A stretch of DNA of 61,310 bases, the filler included, from Sluysia triapertura (lineage: Eukaryota), in assembly GCA_046118255.1 (NCBI GenBank). It is 4 parts of 4 records of this genome, joined end to end, with 100 filler letters (N's around TTAATTAATTAA, not from the genome) between each part and the next. Parts side by side here need not be neighbours in the genome. Positions count along the whole stretch, not along the records: positions 1 to 13,151 come from JBJNIA010056216.1; 3 more parts are not named here. The stretch is one strand, 5' to 3'. Of the stretch, positions 1-11,689 are shown piece after piece (position 1 is the first letter of the stretch; every line of letters begins with the position of its first letter). Below the pieces are notes generated by a model. That model saw nothing but the letters and a program-made list of their open reading frames with translations. It was not told the DNA's origin and searched no databases. The position numbers and the translations under genes are program-made.

Positions 1-2
1 GA

Positions 3-1780
3 ATGCTCACTAAAAAGAATGTAACATTTAAATGGACTGAAGAACAAACTAAAGCATTCAAACAATTAAAAGAAAAATTAACAACACCTCCAATTTTAAT
101 GTTTCAAGATATGAACAAACCATTTACATTAAGAATTGGTGCTAGTAATTTTGCTGGAGGAGCAATACTATGGCAGAAAAATAAAGATAACTTAGAAGGA
201 GTAATATTATATGCAAGTAGAAGATTAAATAAAGCGGAAATGAATTCTACAATAGAGAATGTCTAGCTGTAGTATATGCTTGCAAATTATTCAAACATTA
301 TTTATTAGGTCAAAAAGTATATTTGTATACCGATCATAAACCATTAACTTACTTGTATAACCATAAAGATGAGGTTTACAAAATTGGCAGAATTTGATTT
401 ACAAAAAGTATATAAACCTGGTTCATTAAATAATGGTGCAGATTGCATGTCTCGTCTAACTAATACAGATGAACAAGGAAATGTAAAACAAATTAAACTT
501 TATTGAAATAATGGCTATATCTGGTAAAATTGAAGAATCAAAAGAAATCATTAAACATCAAAGAAAAGATGAAGAAATGATGCATGTATTTGAAGCAATA
601 GCTAAAGGTCTATTAAGCGAAGAACAAGCTAAGAAATTAGCAATAACTGATGGTATATTGCGTTTCAAAGATCCTAAGGATGAATGGAAAACGATAATAC
701 CTAAATCATTAATAAGTCCTCTATTAATTCAATTTCACGATGGCCATGTTAGGTGGACATTTGTCCACAAGGAAAACATTATCAAGTATTAAGAATAAAT
801 ATTATTGGGATAATATGGATGAAGATATAAAACATTGGTGTAAGAACTGTGCAGTTTGTTGTAGAAGAAAGAATACTGGAACGAAAACTAAAGTACCATT
901 AAACTAATGCCGATACCACTTTCACCGATGGAATTTACTGCAATGGATATAATGGGCCCATTACCCGAAACAATTATTGGAAATAAATAAATAATAGATT
1001 ATTTAACAAAATGGCCCGAATCATATTCACTATCCAATCAAAAAGTTGAAACAATCGCTCACATACTGGTAGAAAAAATAATATATCGGTATGGCACATC
1101 TAGAAAGTTATTAACAGATCAAGGAACTAATTTCACTAGTGATGTAATAAAATCAGTCGCTAAAATGTTTAATTTTTGAAAAAATATACTTCGCCATACC
1201 ACCCACAAACAGATGGAATGGTAGAAAAATTTAATAGAACTTTAATAAACATGCTTCAATCATATGTAAATGAAAGACAAAAAGACTGGGATCTTTATAT
1301 AGCTCCATGTTTATTCGCATATAGAAATTCAGTTCATCCAGCGACAAATTTGACACCATTGAATTTAATGTATGGAAGACACGCGAATATGCCTGTTGAT
1401 TTAGAATGGGTACCACTATCATCTCAATATTTAGAAACTCCGGAATACATAACAATAATGAGAGCAAATTTACAATATGCTTGGAAACGCGAAGGTTTAC
1501 AAATACGACATACTCAAGAAACGTATAAAGATAATTATGATACAAAAGCAAAAGCACATAATTTTGAAATTGGAGATAAAGTATTACTGGATTATTCAAT
1601 AGCGAAACCAGGATACTCTTCAAAATTACATAAACCATTTAATGGACCATATGAAGTGATGAAAACAACGTCTACTAATATATATATTAAAAAACCAAAT
1701 GATATAAATGCAGACTTTTGTAGCACATGTAAATCAGTGTAAATTAGCACCAAAAGAAGAATATAACTTAAGAAACACAA
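3..1780 (+). pseudogene. pol: Gypsy pol: RT connection/RNase H and integrase (zinc finger, DDE core, GPY/F)
   Basis: FKWTEEQTKAF..LTTPPIL; YASRRL; LAVVYACKLFKHYLLGQKVYLYTDHKPL; YYWDNMDEDIKHWCKNCAVC; MDIMGPLP; LLTDQGTNF; YHPQTDGMVEKFNRTL; KLHKPFNGPYEV; split by frameshifts and stops. Confidence 0.95.
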
Positions 1781-1889
1781 AAGTTACAAAAAGTATTTTG
1801 AAGGTTAAACCAAGAACCATAGATAGAGATAAACCACCTTCACCAACAAAGAAATCTTCCGAAAGTGAAATAAAAATGATAACTTCTTC

Positions 1890-2215
1890 ATTCAACTCTC
1901 AAAGTCATTTAATACTAAGTATAAAATTTAATCAAAGATAGATGAGAGCACTTATAGATACCGGATCTAATAATACAGCAATAAATTACTATATGTTACA
2001 GCCTTCAGAAATAGTGACGATACAAGATGTAGGATTAAGATTATTTACAGTAGATGGATCAATTATAAAATTTAATGGAATGTTACAATGTCAATTGATT
2101 ATTTTAGATATAAATAGGTGCACCAATAGTAGTTTGGAATTTTTGTCCTTATGAAATATTAATAGGTATGGATGTTATAAGTAAATTAGATAATATTGTC
2201 ATTCATGGTAGACTA
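1890..2215 (+). pseudogene. Retropepsin-like aspartic protease domain downstream of integrase
   Basis: RALIDTGSNNTAI (catalytic D-T-G), flap-like LFTVDGSII, and after a frameshift CPYEILIGMDVI (ILG-x-D motif); same frame as the integrase tail QTFVAHVNQCK, one TAG at 1939-1941. Confidence 0.8.
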
Positions 2216-2379
2216 TGATTTCTAAAGATGTCAGTAAATGCATAAATATCTTTACCACAAATCGTATTAGATAATTCGCCAAGACCATCTATAACTACAC
2301 TAAATTGGAATAACTTAGATTGGTGGGATAGAGATACTACAGTGACATCAATATCTGGATTAGAGTTGAATCATTAAAT

Positions 2380-4480
2380 ATATCAAGAATAGAAAATAAC
2401 AATGGTAATGATGAATATAATAACAGTAATACTAAAAGTAGTATAATGCTAATAAAGGGGATACAGAATAATAATAAATCTCTTTATATTATTACTTTAA
2501 TACTATTATTTATACAAGTAATAACCATGGTAATTTCGAATCCATCAAAATTGATATCGTACACTAATACTACACAAGGATTCTCTGTAGAAAATACTTT
2601 TAATCGGTATTGGTCAATAGAAATAGACATAAAAAATGAAATTCCAAAATATTATTTAGATATGTATTGAATCTATACTAATCCATTCTTAATGAAACCA
2701 CCTTCATAAATAAACAATAGCTATTACTGTGAACATTCAATTTATTAAATTACCATTTTAATAATTTCATTACTTAATAATAAATCCCAAATAGAACAGT
2801 TTAAAGATATGTTTAAAAAAAGTAATAATATAACTATTGAAGATTGTAATCAACCACTAATAAATGAACCATTGATGATCCAAACAAGGAATAATACTAT
2901 TAATACAAATAAAACTACATCAATTAAACAAAAAGGGGATAATAACTATATTTTTATAATAATTCTTGCGATATTTACTTTGCTTTATTTAATGTCTTCA
3001 ATTTATTACAAAGTTGTTTGTAAAAAGAGTTTATAGATCCAAATATTTTGATTTTTACGATTACGACACAAAGATACAAGTTAAAATATTTGATAACAGT
3101 ATCTAAGCACAATGTATCTGTATAAACCCCGCAAGATTTAATTTCAGTATATGGAAAGTTTACAAACAAAGAATACATAAAAATGTATATCCCCAACAAT
3201 TTGCAGTGGTTTTATGGCAACGGATGATAGACACTTAGTTATGTTTGTAAAAAGTCATGCTAAAGCTATTCAACAATTACACTATTCAATAAAAGGTAAA
3301 CGGGAAAAAACAATTATTATAAAGAAGTTGCATAAGGATCCATCAATAACAATTTTATTAATTGCAGGTACTTTATTTATAATAGCAATAATAAGGGCAT
3401 TATTAATGATTGGTATATTTATTACTACTAAATGCAAAAACACGCATTTGTCAAACAATGATGATAACAATAATCACTATTCAATTCCACGAAATCATTC
3501 ATTCTTTGCTCCTCTAGGACCACCAATGATACCACCACCAATTTATGATTATAATAGTAAAACAAGAATTCCTACACATTATAGTGGAATACAGGTGTCT
3601 TCTGTTTTACTTTGTATTTGCTTAACTTGTATTTCTGATACTTATATATCAAAAATCACGAAAAATAGTATAAGTAGAAGAATTCTTTATTAAAATAATA
3701 TGCAACTGTCAATTCAATCAAAACAGATGAGATAATAGCTGTTATTAAAATAATAGAAAAGAAACTGATATATTTATCAATACGATGTTGCCTGGAAAAT
3801 GGTGTATTACATCAACCAATCCGTATAAAACTACTAAGTACTGGATAATTAATTGTGAAGAATTATTGGAATTTCAATTTCATAAAGTTACTATAACTAT
3901 TGAATTAATAGATAGGACAATATATACACAAAATCATTGGATTCAAACCAACCCGTATATATACTTTGATAAAATAGCGATAAAATTCTCAATATTAGCA
4001 AAAGGGATGGTCATAATTTAGTTAAGATAACAAATCCATTAGAAAACAACTCAGATATTATATAAATATAGTATATACTTATGGATTGATAGTACAAAAA
4101 CAAACAGTCAAACGAAACTATTAAGCTGATTCGTTATTATCAATAATACACGTATGGATACTTTAAACTAATGAAACATTAAAATTCTATGTATTTTGGC
4201 CGTTTAAGACACCTTTCAATCTAGTAATACATATTTCAAACATAACAATAAAAAGGTACGTAAGTACTACAAGAAGAAGACATTAAAATCCTAGTAACTA
4301 AAGATAATACTAAAATAACTAATCTACAGAACTGTAATAATTAACATCAATTAACATTCAACAAAATGATATTAAAATTAATGTATATTTCTACATCTTA
4401 ATAAGTATGCTTTATTCTAAACTTATGGTTAATATCATCATAGAAACTATCATAAAATTTGCACTAAACAAAAATAACCT
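2380..4480 (+). pseudogene. Env-position membrane polyprotein (serial signal peptides/TM anchors, N-glycosylation sequons, PPxY)
   Basis: ORFs at 2446, 2809 and 3214 share one frame; hydrophobic stretches YIITLILLFIQVITMVIS, YIFIIILAIFTLLYLMSSI, ITILLIAGTLFIIAIIRALLMIGIFIT, SSVLLCICLTCIS; sequons NTT/NIT/NNT/NKT; PPPIY at 3532-3546. Confidence 0.6.
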
Positions 4481-4791
4481 AAAATACAAAAATAATTATT
4501 TAAAGACCATTAAAGTGTAGGGCATAATGACGTGTGAAAAATGGGCAGTAATCAGTTGGATTTTCTTCTGTCTAACAGGCTGCCCAATTCTAATACTGTC
4601 ATTTAAATTGTAAATATTAGCTGTTAGGATTTTTGCATATATAACATAATTTTTAAGTTTTAACATATATACAGTACAATTTTTAAGTTTTTTAATAAAG
4701 AGTTTAATAATGATTTATTATTTACTTTAATATTATTATTATATTTCGTTTTATTTCATTTTCTTTTACTTCTTTTATTACATTTTAGAAA

Positions 4792-5200
4792 ATGGTTTAC
4801 AAACGTTGCCCCATATACCAGAAATGTATACACAAAAAATACATAAAAATGACTCCATGACACATAGGGCCCACTTTGAGTGTATGATAGGCCTTTTCAA
4901 ACATTTCGTAGAAGAAACAGTAAATTGTCCTCTTTGTAGGATTCAACTTATAAGTATGAATGTATTCCGTAAGGGAACTTTTCTTTACGAATACATCTTT
5001 GAAAGAATTCTACCACATATATTGAAAAGAGGAATAAAGGTACAGGAAGTGGAAATAATACAACCAGAGGAACTCAATAGAAATACTTCAAACACTTTAG
5101 TTGTTCCTCCAACAAATTTCCCTCCTGAGTTGAAGAAATCTCAAAAGCATAGCTGCCGACATAGGGAAGTGTGAAAATTCTACAAGCTGGCAGGACTATA
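4792..5200 (+). pseudogene. RING-H2 zinc finger (E3 ubiquitin ligase-like) accessory gene of the retroelement
   Basis: From ATG 4792: MVYKRCPI(Y)QKCIHKKYIKMTP, a 1-nt deletion at a Cys codon (~4858), then THRAHFECMIGLFKHFVEETVNCPLCR; C3H2C3 spacing once two lesions are repaired. Confidence 0.75.
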
Positions 5201-5397
5201 AAAAAATATCAAAGATTAAGAAAAAATAAATCTTTAAAGAAAAACAATCAATAATTTAATTTCCTTCAATTCTTTTCTTTACTTTATTTTCCTAAAATAC
5301 ATAAAGATAAAATTACCAATTATGAACTAACGATTATTTTTTCATTGTTAACAATTTTTATATATTTTATGTATTATTCTTAGATTTATAAATATCT

Positions 5398-6600
5398 ATG
5401 TCGGATTATCAACATGCACATATAATAAACAATATTAATTCCTTCTATAATGGAATAAACAGATTTTGCGGTAACAGTGATACTCCATTTGTATTCTTAG
5501 ATTCCAAAGCAACTCCAAATTTTCTGAAAAATGAAATGGATATACATTTTATTACTTACCTCTATGGAGTAAAAGCTTTACAAGCACCTTTGAATATTCA
5601 AACATTAGAAGGCTTTCCAGTAGGAAAAGGTATGATTTTAATAGCATCAGCTAGAGGAGCATTGAAAGTAACTTTATTTATTAATAATCTTCCTCTATAC
5701 TCTCGTATACAGGGATTATTAAAAATATAAAGGAAAGTAGAAGCGGAAGAACTACCAATAACATTTGCTGTTCTTCTCGAATCTGATGTTGATAACATAA
5801 ATGTTTGGCAACAAGGTTTAACTTTCACACATTTACCCTACGAAGATATAGCTAATAAGGATTATTTAATATTTGTAGCAATTAATTTGGCTTTGGATTT
5901 TCATGATACACATCAAATTATTCGAGCTGGTTTTACGCCATATCACAAACAATATCATTCTGAAGAATGAGAATTAAGAACTTTCTCAAAGTAGAACATG
6001 GATTAAAGGAAATTGATTTAAAAGATGCGAGAGATATTGCAGAAATATCATATACATGTAGCTTGCTTACCGGAATTTATTATTAGGACATTTCAAATAC
6101 CTTTTGGATGGTTACGTGGCATTATCAATTTAACTTCTACAAATTTCATCCGTCAAATCGCGCTAGGAAAGTATTAAAACTTTTGTGTCCATTTCCGCCG
6201 AGAGATACTTGCACGAAATTAGCACAAGATTATATATCACTTTTTGAATTGATTAAGCAGAGAAATGCATCATTTTTGCCGCAAATAATTGATCAACATT
6301 TGAATAATCAAATTTCATCTACTTCTGCAGCTTCTTTTCTATTACATAATAAAAATTCTGCACAAAATCTTCCACATAAAGGCAAGAAACATTAAGACAT
6401 AACACTCTCCTTGTTAAATGATATGGTCGACGAAACCGCATTGAAGAGACGGAAAATCGAGAATTCGGCAGATAACTAAGTGGAAAAAGGAAATAAGCAG
6501 CAAGTTGATAGTTTTGAAAATTTCGGTACCATTGATTTAAACCTGGATGGTGACGATTTCTTTGATTATGACGACTTTATTTATATGACAAATATTTAAT
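5398..6600 (+). pseudogene. Unknown ~350-400 aa accessory ORF of the retroelement, with an acidic C-terminus
   Basis: Frame 5398-5730 continues past TAA (RKVEAEELPITFAVLLESDVDNINVWQQGL...); further pieces at 6108-6395 and an acidic tail DLNLDGDDFFDYDDF; coding-like composition. Confidence 0.55.
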
Positions 6601-6688
6601 TTTTGATTATATTCTAATGACAATTTTTTTCCTTTATTATGGTAATTTCAATTCATTAGTCATTTAAAATTAGGGACTAATTTTTCCT

Positions 6689-6702
6689 GAAGGGAAAGTT
6701 AT
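6689..6702 (+). promoter_or_regulatory. Polypurine tract (plus-strand primer)
   Basis: gggactaatttttcctGAAGGGAAAGttat directly before TGTAAA, the typical Gypsy 3' end context. Confidence 0.75.
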
Positions 6703-7071
6703 TGTAAAGTTATTTTTAAATATCTTTGTTTAGTATTAGTAAATTAAATTTTTATGGTAAAATAAAATTAAAAAACAAAAGTTAATAGTATTTTTAGTAT
6801 AGTATTAAAAAACAAATAAATATTAAATATTAGATATTTAAATTTATTAAATCATTATATATTAAATATTTAAAATTATATTAAATAATATTTATTTTAA
6901 TATTGAAATTTATTTATAATATTTGTTCTAATGAATTGAAATTTATTTGTTTTAATGAATCATTATTATGTTGATATGAACATTAAACATTAAAATTACT
7001 ATATAAATAGCTTTTTGGACAGAGTAAAATTTATCAGTATTAACTATATTATTTGTTAAGAAGAATTTACA
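6703..7071 (+). repeat. 3' LTR (~370 bp)
   Basis: Starts TGTAAA after the PPT, ends TTTACA (6-bp inverted termini), TATA-like ctatataaatag near 7000; the 5' LTR is outside the window, so the end is unconfirmed. Confidence 0.6.
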
Positions 7072-7339
7072 TTTAAAGATTGATTTTGTCACAACAGAAT
7101 TTGGGAAATTATATTTTCGAAGAAAATTAAAAGATTATATTATCCACAAAAGAAATTATATTAATACGAATTTTTTGAAATTGAAAAATCATTAAGTATT
7201 TCTTTTAAGATAAATCAAAATTATATATAAAATATACGTAAACTTACTAACAAATTAAGTAAAATTTTGTACGATATAAAATAATTTATAAAATCTGTAA
7301 ACTATTAAATATTAATTAATAAATTAATATTTAAAATAT

Positions 7340-7780
7340 TTTATTATATTATACTAAAGGCTCTCAAATGCTTATCGATATTTCAAGAATACTTAAATGT
7401 TACTAAAGTCTTCATTGTTCTAAAGTTCAAAAGTACCTTAATGCTTCTAAAAGTTCTTCGAGTCCATCTCAAGCTTCCATGAGGTCTCAAACCTTTACAT
7501 AGGTCTTTGGAACTCCAAGGTATTCTTTGACTCTTAACATTATTATGGATGTTTTTTCCTTTCATGATTCTTATACAAACGATGATTACAATGTTCAATC
7601 CATCATTTTGTATCAGTTTTTCTTTCATCTAATAATTCTACATGTTTCTCATTCATCTTCTGATCTACAGTTGGGCAATCCCAACACTTACACGTACATA
7701 TTCACACATAAACTCAAATTCACCTTATTACACGAACACGAAATCATTACAATTAAAACTGAAATTCATAGGTTATGAGA
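7340..7780 (+). repeat. Dispersed repeat family A, copy 1
   Basis: Shares ttcaagaatacttaaa with 12070; catctcaagcttcca..aggtctcaa..cct matches the reverse complement of 26790-26845. Confidence 0.7.
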
Positions 7781-8596
7781 CTTAATATAATAAACCACAG
7801 CTAAAATCTTAACTCTATGTAAAATCAATAATACATATTAGGAAGTTCGATAAGCGTCACATGCTTTGTTACTAGTGAAACTGCATCATTCATTGCCTTT
7901 ATTTTGTTACTGCACCCAGTGGAGAGACCGCCACTCCGGTATTACATGTCGTTGTGAGATTGTATTATGTTGTTGTGAATGTTCACTTTTGTTTTTGCCG
8001 GGGTTGCGATTTTTGTGTTTTTCCTTTTTTATTCTCATTATCATTAATATTATTTTATTTTTTTATTACTATTTTTTTATTTTTATATCACAATTCTTAA
8101 TAATATCGATAATTTTTTAAATATGCAACATGTTACTACTGAAAATGATAAAGTCGAAGGCGTTACCTTTCAAAACTGTTACAAGAAAACCGAGAAATCG
8201 AGATTACATATGCTATATTTTACACGTCGAAATCATCTTTAACAATCTCAATTTTTGGAGAAGTGCCATTTTACTATAATAGCTATAATTTTAAAACATC
8301 GCAACAAATGGAACGTCGGAAAACCTACATAAAAAAAGGGAATGTTCAAATTATGAATTCCTATTGACGAAACATGTTTCGGAAAGCTTTATAATTGATG
8401 TTATTGCTTCGGGAGACAGTTTATGGGGTTTTTATCGAATTTCCAACAAATAAATCTGGAGTTTTGCCAATTGTTTATTGTTAAACACGATGGAACCATA
8501 TTACAAGATAATATATACATTATGTCAAATGATTATCAGTTATATTCATGGTACTCACGAAAAATATGCATTATGGACATCGAAGGCTAAGATAAT

Positions 8597-9255
8597 ATGA
8601 ATTATGATGACAAGTTAGAACTAGATGTCTTTAATAATTTGAATGATTTCAGTAAAAGAAAGTCATCCACTGATTCACGTCTAAAAGATAGTGAAATTCA
8701 AAAATTAAATATTCCAGAGAACCACATTTATATAGATACTGGCCAATGGCCAAGATACATGACAGACGAAGAAGTTGATGCTTATTTTAGTTCTAAGCCT
8801 CTTAATGTAAATAAATCTAAAATTAGAAAATCGAAATTGAGTTAGTGGCTAAAAGATGCCGAAAATTTAGAAATTTATGGAAATGAATATTCAAATTATT
8901 TTAAATTTAGTGCTGTAAGATATAATGAGGGCATGAAAAATGGGATATTCGAATTAATCGAACTACCACTTTCAAGCGAAAATAGTTTAAATATTAAAAA
9001 ATATAAAGTATATTTAAATTCTAATGAAGGAGGAGATCAATAATCCAGTTACCGTTTTTCCTGTTAAAGCTACAAAAGTTTCTGAATTTATTGGATTAGT
9101 TTGTTGGACGTGTACTGAAGAAAATCGAAATCCCCGAATTTCGAAGAAATCATTTCAAAATTTTTAAGTTCATATGTTTGAAGATTTTTAAGTATGAATT
9201 ATGGATATTTCGTTGATACAGATTTAATATATAAATATTGTGAAGGTCTGAAGTA
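8597..9255 (+). pseudogene. MAPKAP1: SIN1/MAPKAP1 (TORC2 subunit) N-terminal and CRIM domain fragment
   Basis: HIYIDTGQWPRYMTDEEVD; KSKLS*WLK..NEYSNYFKF; KKYKVYL; NPVTVFPVKATKVSEFIGLVCWTCTEENRNP; VHMFED..VDTD, resembling SIN1 PMTVV..RVQDLIGLICWQYTSEGREP..LHIAEDDGEVDTD; stop 8843, stop/frameshift ~9041. Confidence 0.75.
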
Positions 9256-9287
9256 AAAGTAAAGCAACAGAATAAAGTAAAAGCTTA

Positions 9288-9340
9288 ACGTGAGTTCACC
9301 AACGTACTGGACTTACCAGTTAGGGTCAGCCGTTGGATTT
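9288..9340. repeat. GC-richer structured motif, copy 1
   Basis: cgtgagttcaccaacgtactggacttaccagttagggtcagccgttggattt; near-identical to 46585-46636. Confidence 0.75.
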
Positions 9341-11689
9341 GTAGATAAAAGTAAAAAGAATTTTCTCGAAATGCAATGTAAATTTAAAAACTTCTTTATT
9401 TGGTTTTATTATTATTACTATTACTTTTTTGAAATTTTTAGTAAGTATGGAGGTTTATAAAAATATAATCAAAAAATAATTTAATTGATATTTTACGTAG
9501 ATCCTATGAAAAATATCGTTAATAAGTATTTTACATAGTTAGAATTAAAATCTAACTATGGAAATCTTTTTCGTAGTACTGATTTTATATTTAAAACTAT
9601 TTAATAAGAACGAAGAAATGTTATCGAAAATTTTATTATACAATGACAAAATGATAATTTATCATTCCGTTACAAAATGAAAATAAAAAATAATATAATT
9701 TACGAGATAATTACTATAAGTAATTCTTATTTCGATAATATTTTAGTAAAGGATTTTTCGTGGATCTATTATAAGATCCAAAATAAATATTAAATAGTTT
9801 ACGTGGATTTTTCGTGGATATCACTCGGATATCGGAACTTATTATAAATAAACTAACGGTTATTTTATTAAATCAAAGGTAAATATGGTCAAAAATCTTT
9901 ATATTGGCTCCCGATATATCGAAGAAAAACCACTATGAGTGTACCAAAAATTTATTGTCGAGAAATTATTGGCAGAATTATTTATTTGTTGTTGTGAAAC
10001 TGAAATTTATTTGTTCATTATGTATAGGATTTATTGACCTTGACCAGATTTGAATTTTAATTTATTAAAATAAAAATATAAATTTTTAAAATTAAATGAA
10101 AATTAATATTTAATATTTACAAATTTTATAAACAAAATTAATATTTAAAATATTTACAAAAATAACAATGAAAAATAAAACATACTTTTGAAAAGTCCAC
10201 AAAAATATCATTTGAATATTAATAATAAAAATTCCATAAAAACATTATTTGAATTCCACAAATATTCAGCAGATATACAAGTCAAAAATAAAAATATTCA
10301 GCAAACACACATAACATAATAGTTCATAGTTCATAATACAACATTAACAATATCAATTCACTCCCAAAATTAAGTTTTTAAATCAAATTAATAACAGCAA
10401 CAAAAATCAAATACAAATTACTATTATAAGTGTTCACGTACAATGATAAAAATAACTAAAATTACATAATTAACAATAACATTTGGAATAATATTGGCAG
10501 CACAATAATCCATATAACAAAACCAGGAGTTACGCAACAAACAATTAAAATATCAATATCTAGAAAGTTAAAAAATATGATAATGCTTAAATATTTTCAG
10601 ATAATCTTAACCTAACTTAATAATTGTTAGAATCAATTATAGAATCAAAAATCAAATTTATCAGTTTTCTATAAACAGATAAAAGTAACAATAAAATTAT
10701 TAAAATATTTCAAAGTAACTTTATTTTATTTTATTTTAACTTTATTTTAGCAATAATTATAAAAATTTGATCAGGGATCCTCCCAAAAAACAAGTTTATG
10801 AATATCTAAAAAAGTTAAAATTAAAATTACTAAAATTAAAAATAATAATGAAATTTATATATGAAAATGTTTCAAAATGATAACCACAAAAAATCATATT
10901 TATTTATTAATAATTTAAAAACTATTATGGTTTCTTATTATTACAAAAATTGCTATTATAAAGCCAGCTAAAATATTTTCCTTAAAAATAATTTATTTAT
11001 TTTATTTTATTTATTTATTCTTTTTAAAATAATAAAATAATAGAAATAAAAAAATATTACCATATGCATGGATAATCTCCTGTTGGATGCCTGTACGATT
11101 GTGTTGTAAAATTTTTAAGTTTTTCATTTTATGCTCTCTCATTATCTAATTAATCTCAAGCCTCACAATAAAACACTTTCTCACACAAATCATCAAAACT
11201 TCTTTGAGAATTAGACTGACAATAACAACGTTGACAATTACATTAGGTACAGCTTCATTAGGTACAAAACACAAAAATTTGATTTATTATCAAATATCAT
11301 TTTCTGTTACTCTACTCAATCCCTTTTTACTTAAATTACTTCTCACATTAAATAACAACCAATAATATTATTAATATACATTAAAAAAATGAATTTAATT
11401 TTAGAATTTAATTGATTTTCAATTTTTCATACCCAATCGTCTAATAAAAATGTTTTAAATTTCTTATTCTCAAACAAACCATTCTACAAACATTTTAAAC
11501 TCACTTGTAGATTCTCCTTTTTCATAGCAGTCATCTCATATTCCATTCATTATATTTGTATCATACTAAGATTAAAAATTCAACATTCCATAATTAAGAA
11601 TTAATTAAAATTTAACTTTGCTCAATATTAAGCTTTCCTTGCATGAACTTGGTCAAACCATACTTTCATCAAAAGGTCTTTTCAAAACA

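Larger units (their letters stand above)
1..7071 (+). mobile_element. Ty3/Gypsy LTR retrotransposon, 3' part (pol end, ~4.9 kb accessory region, PPT, 3' LTR), decayed; begins before the window
   Basis: Order RT-connection, RNase H, integrase with GPY/F motif; polypurine tract then a TG...CA-bounded LTR; many stops and frameshifts. Confidence 0.9.

Noticed and set aside
8360-8400. IDETCFGK resembling a Merlin/IS1595 transposase motif
   Set aside because: No other catalytic motifs or TIRs; a different frame reads longer
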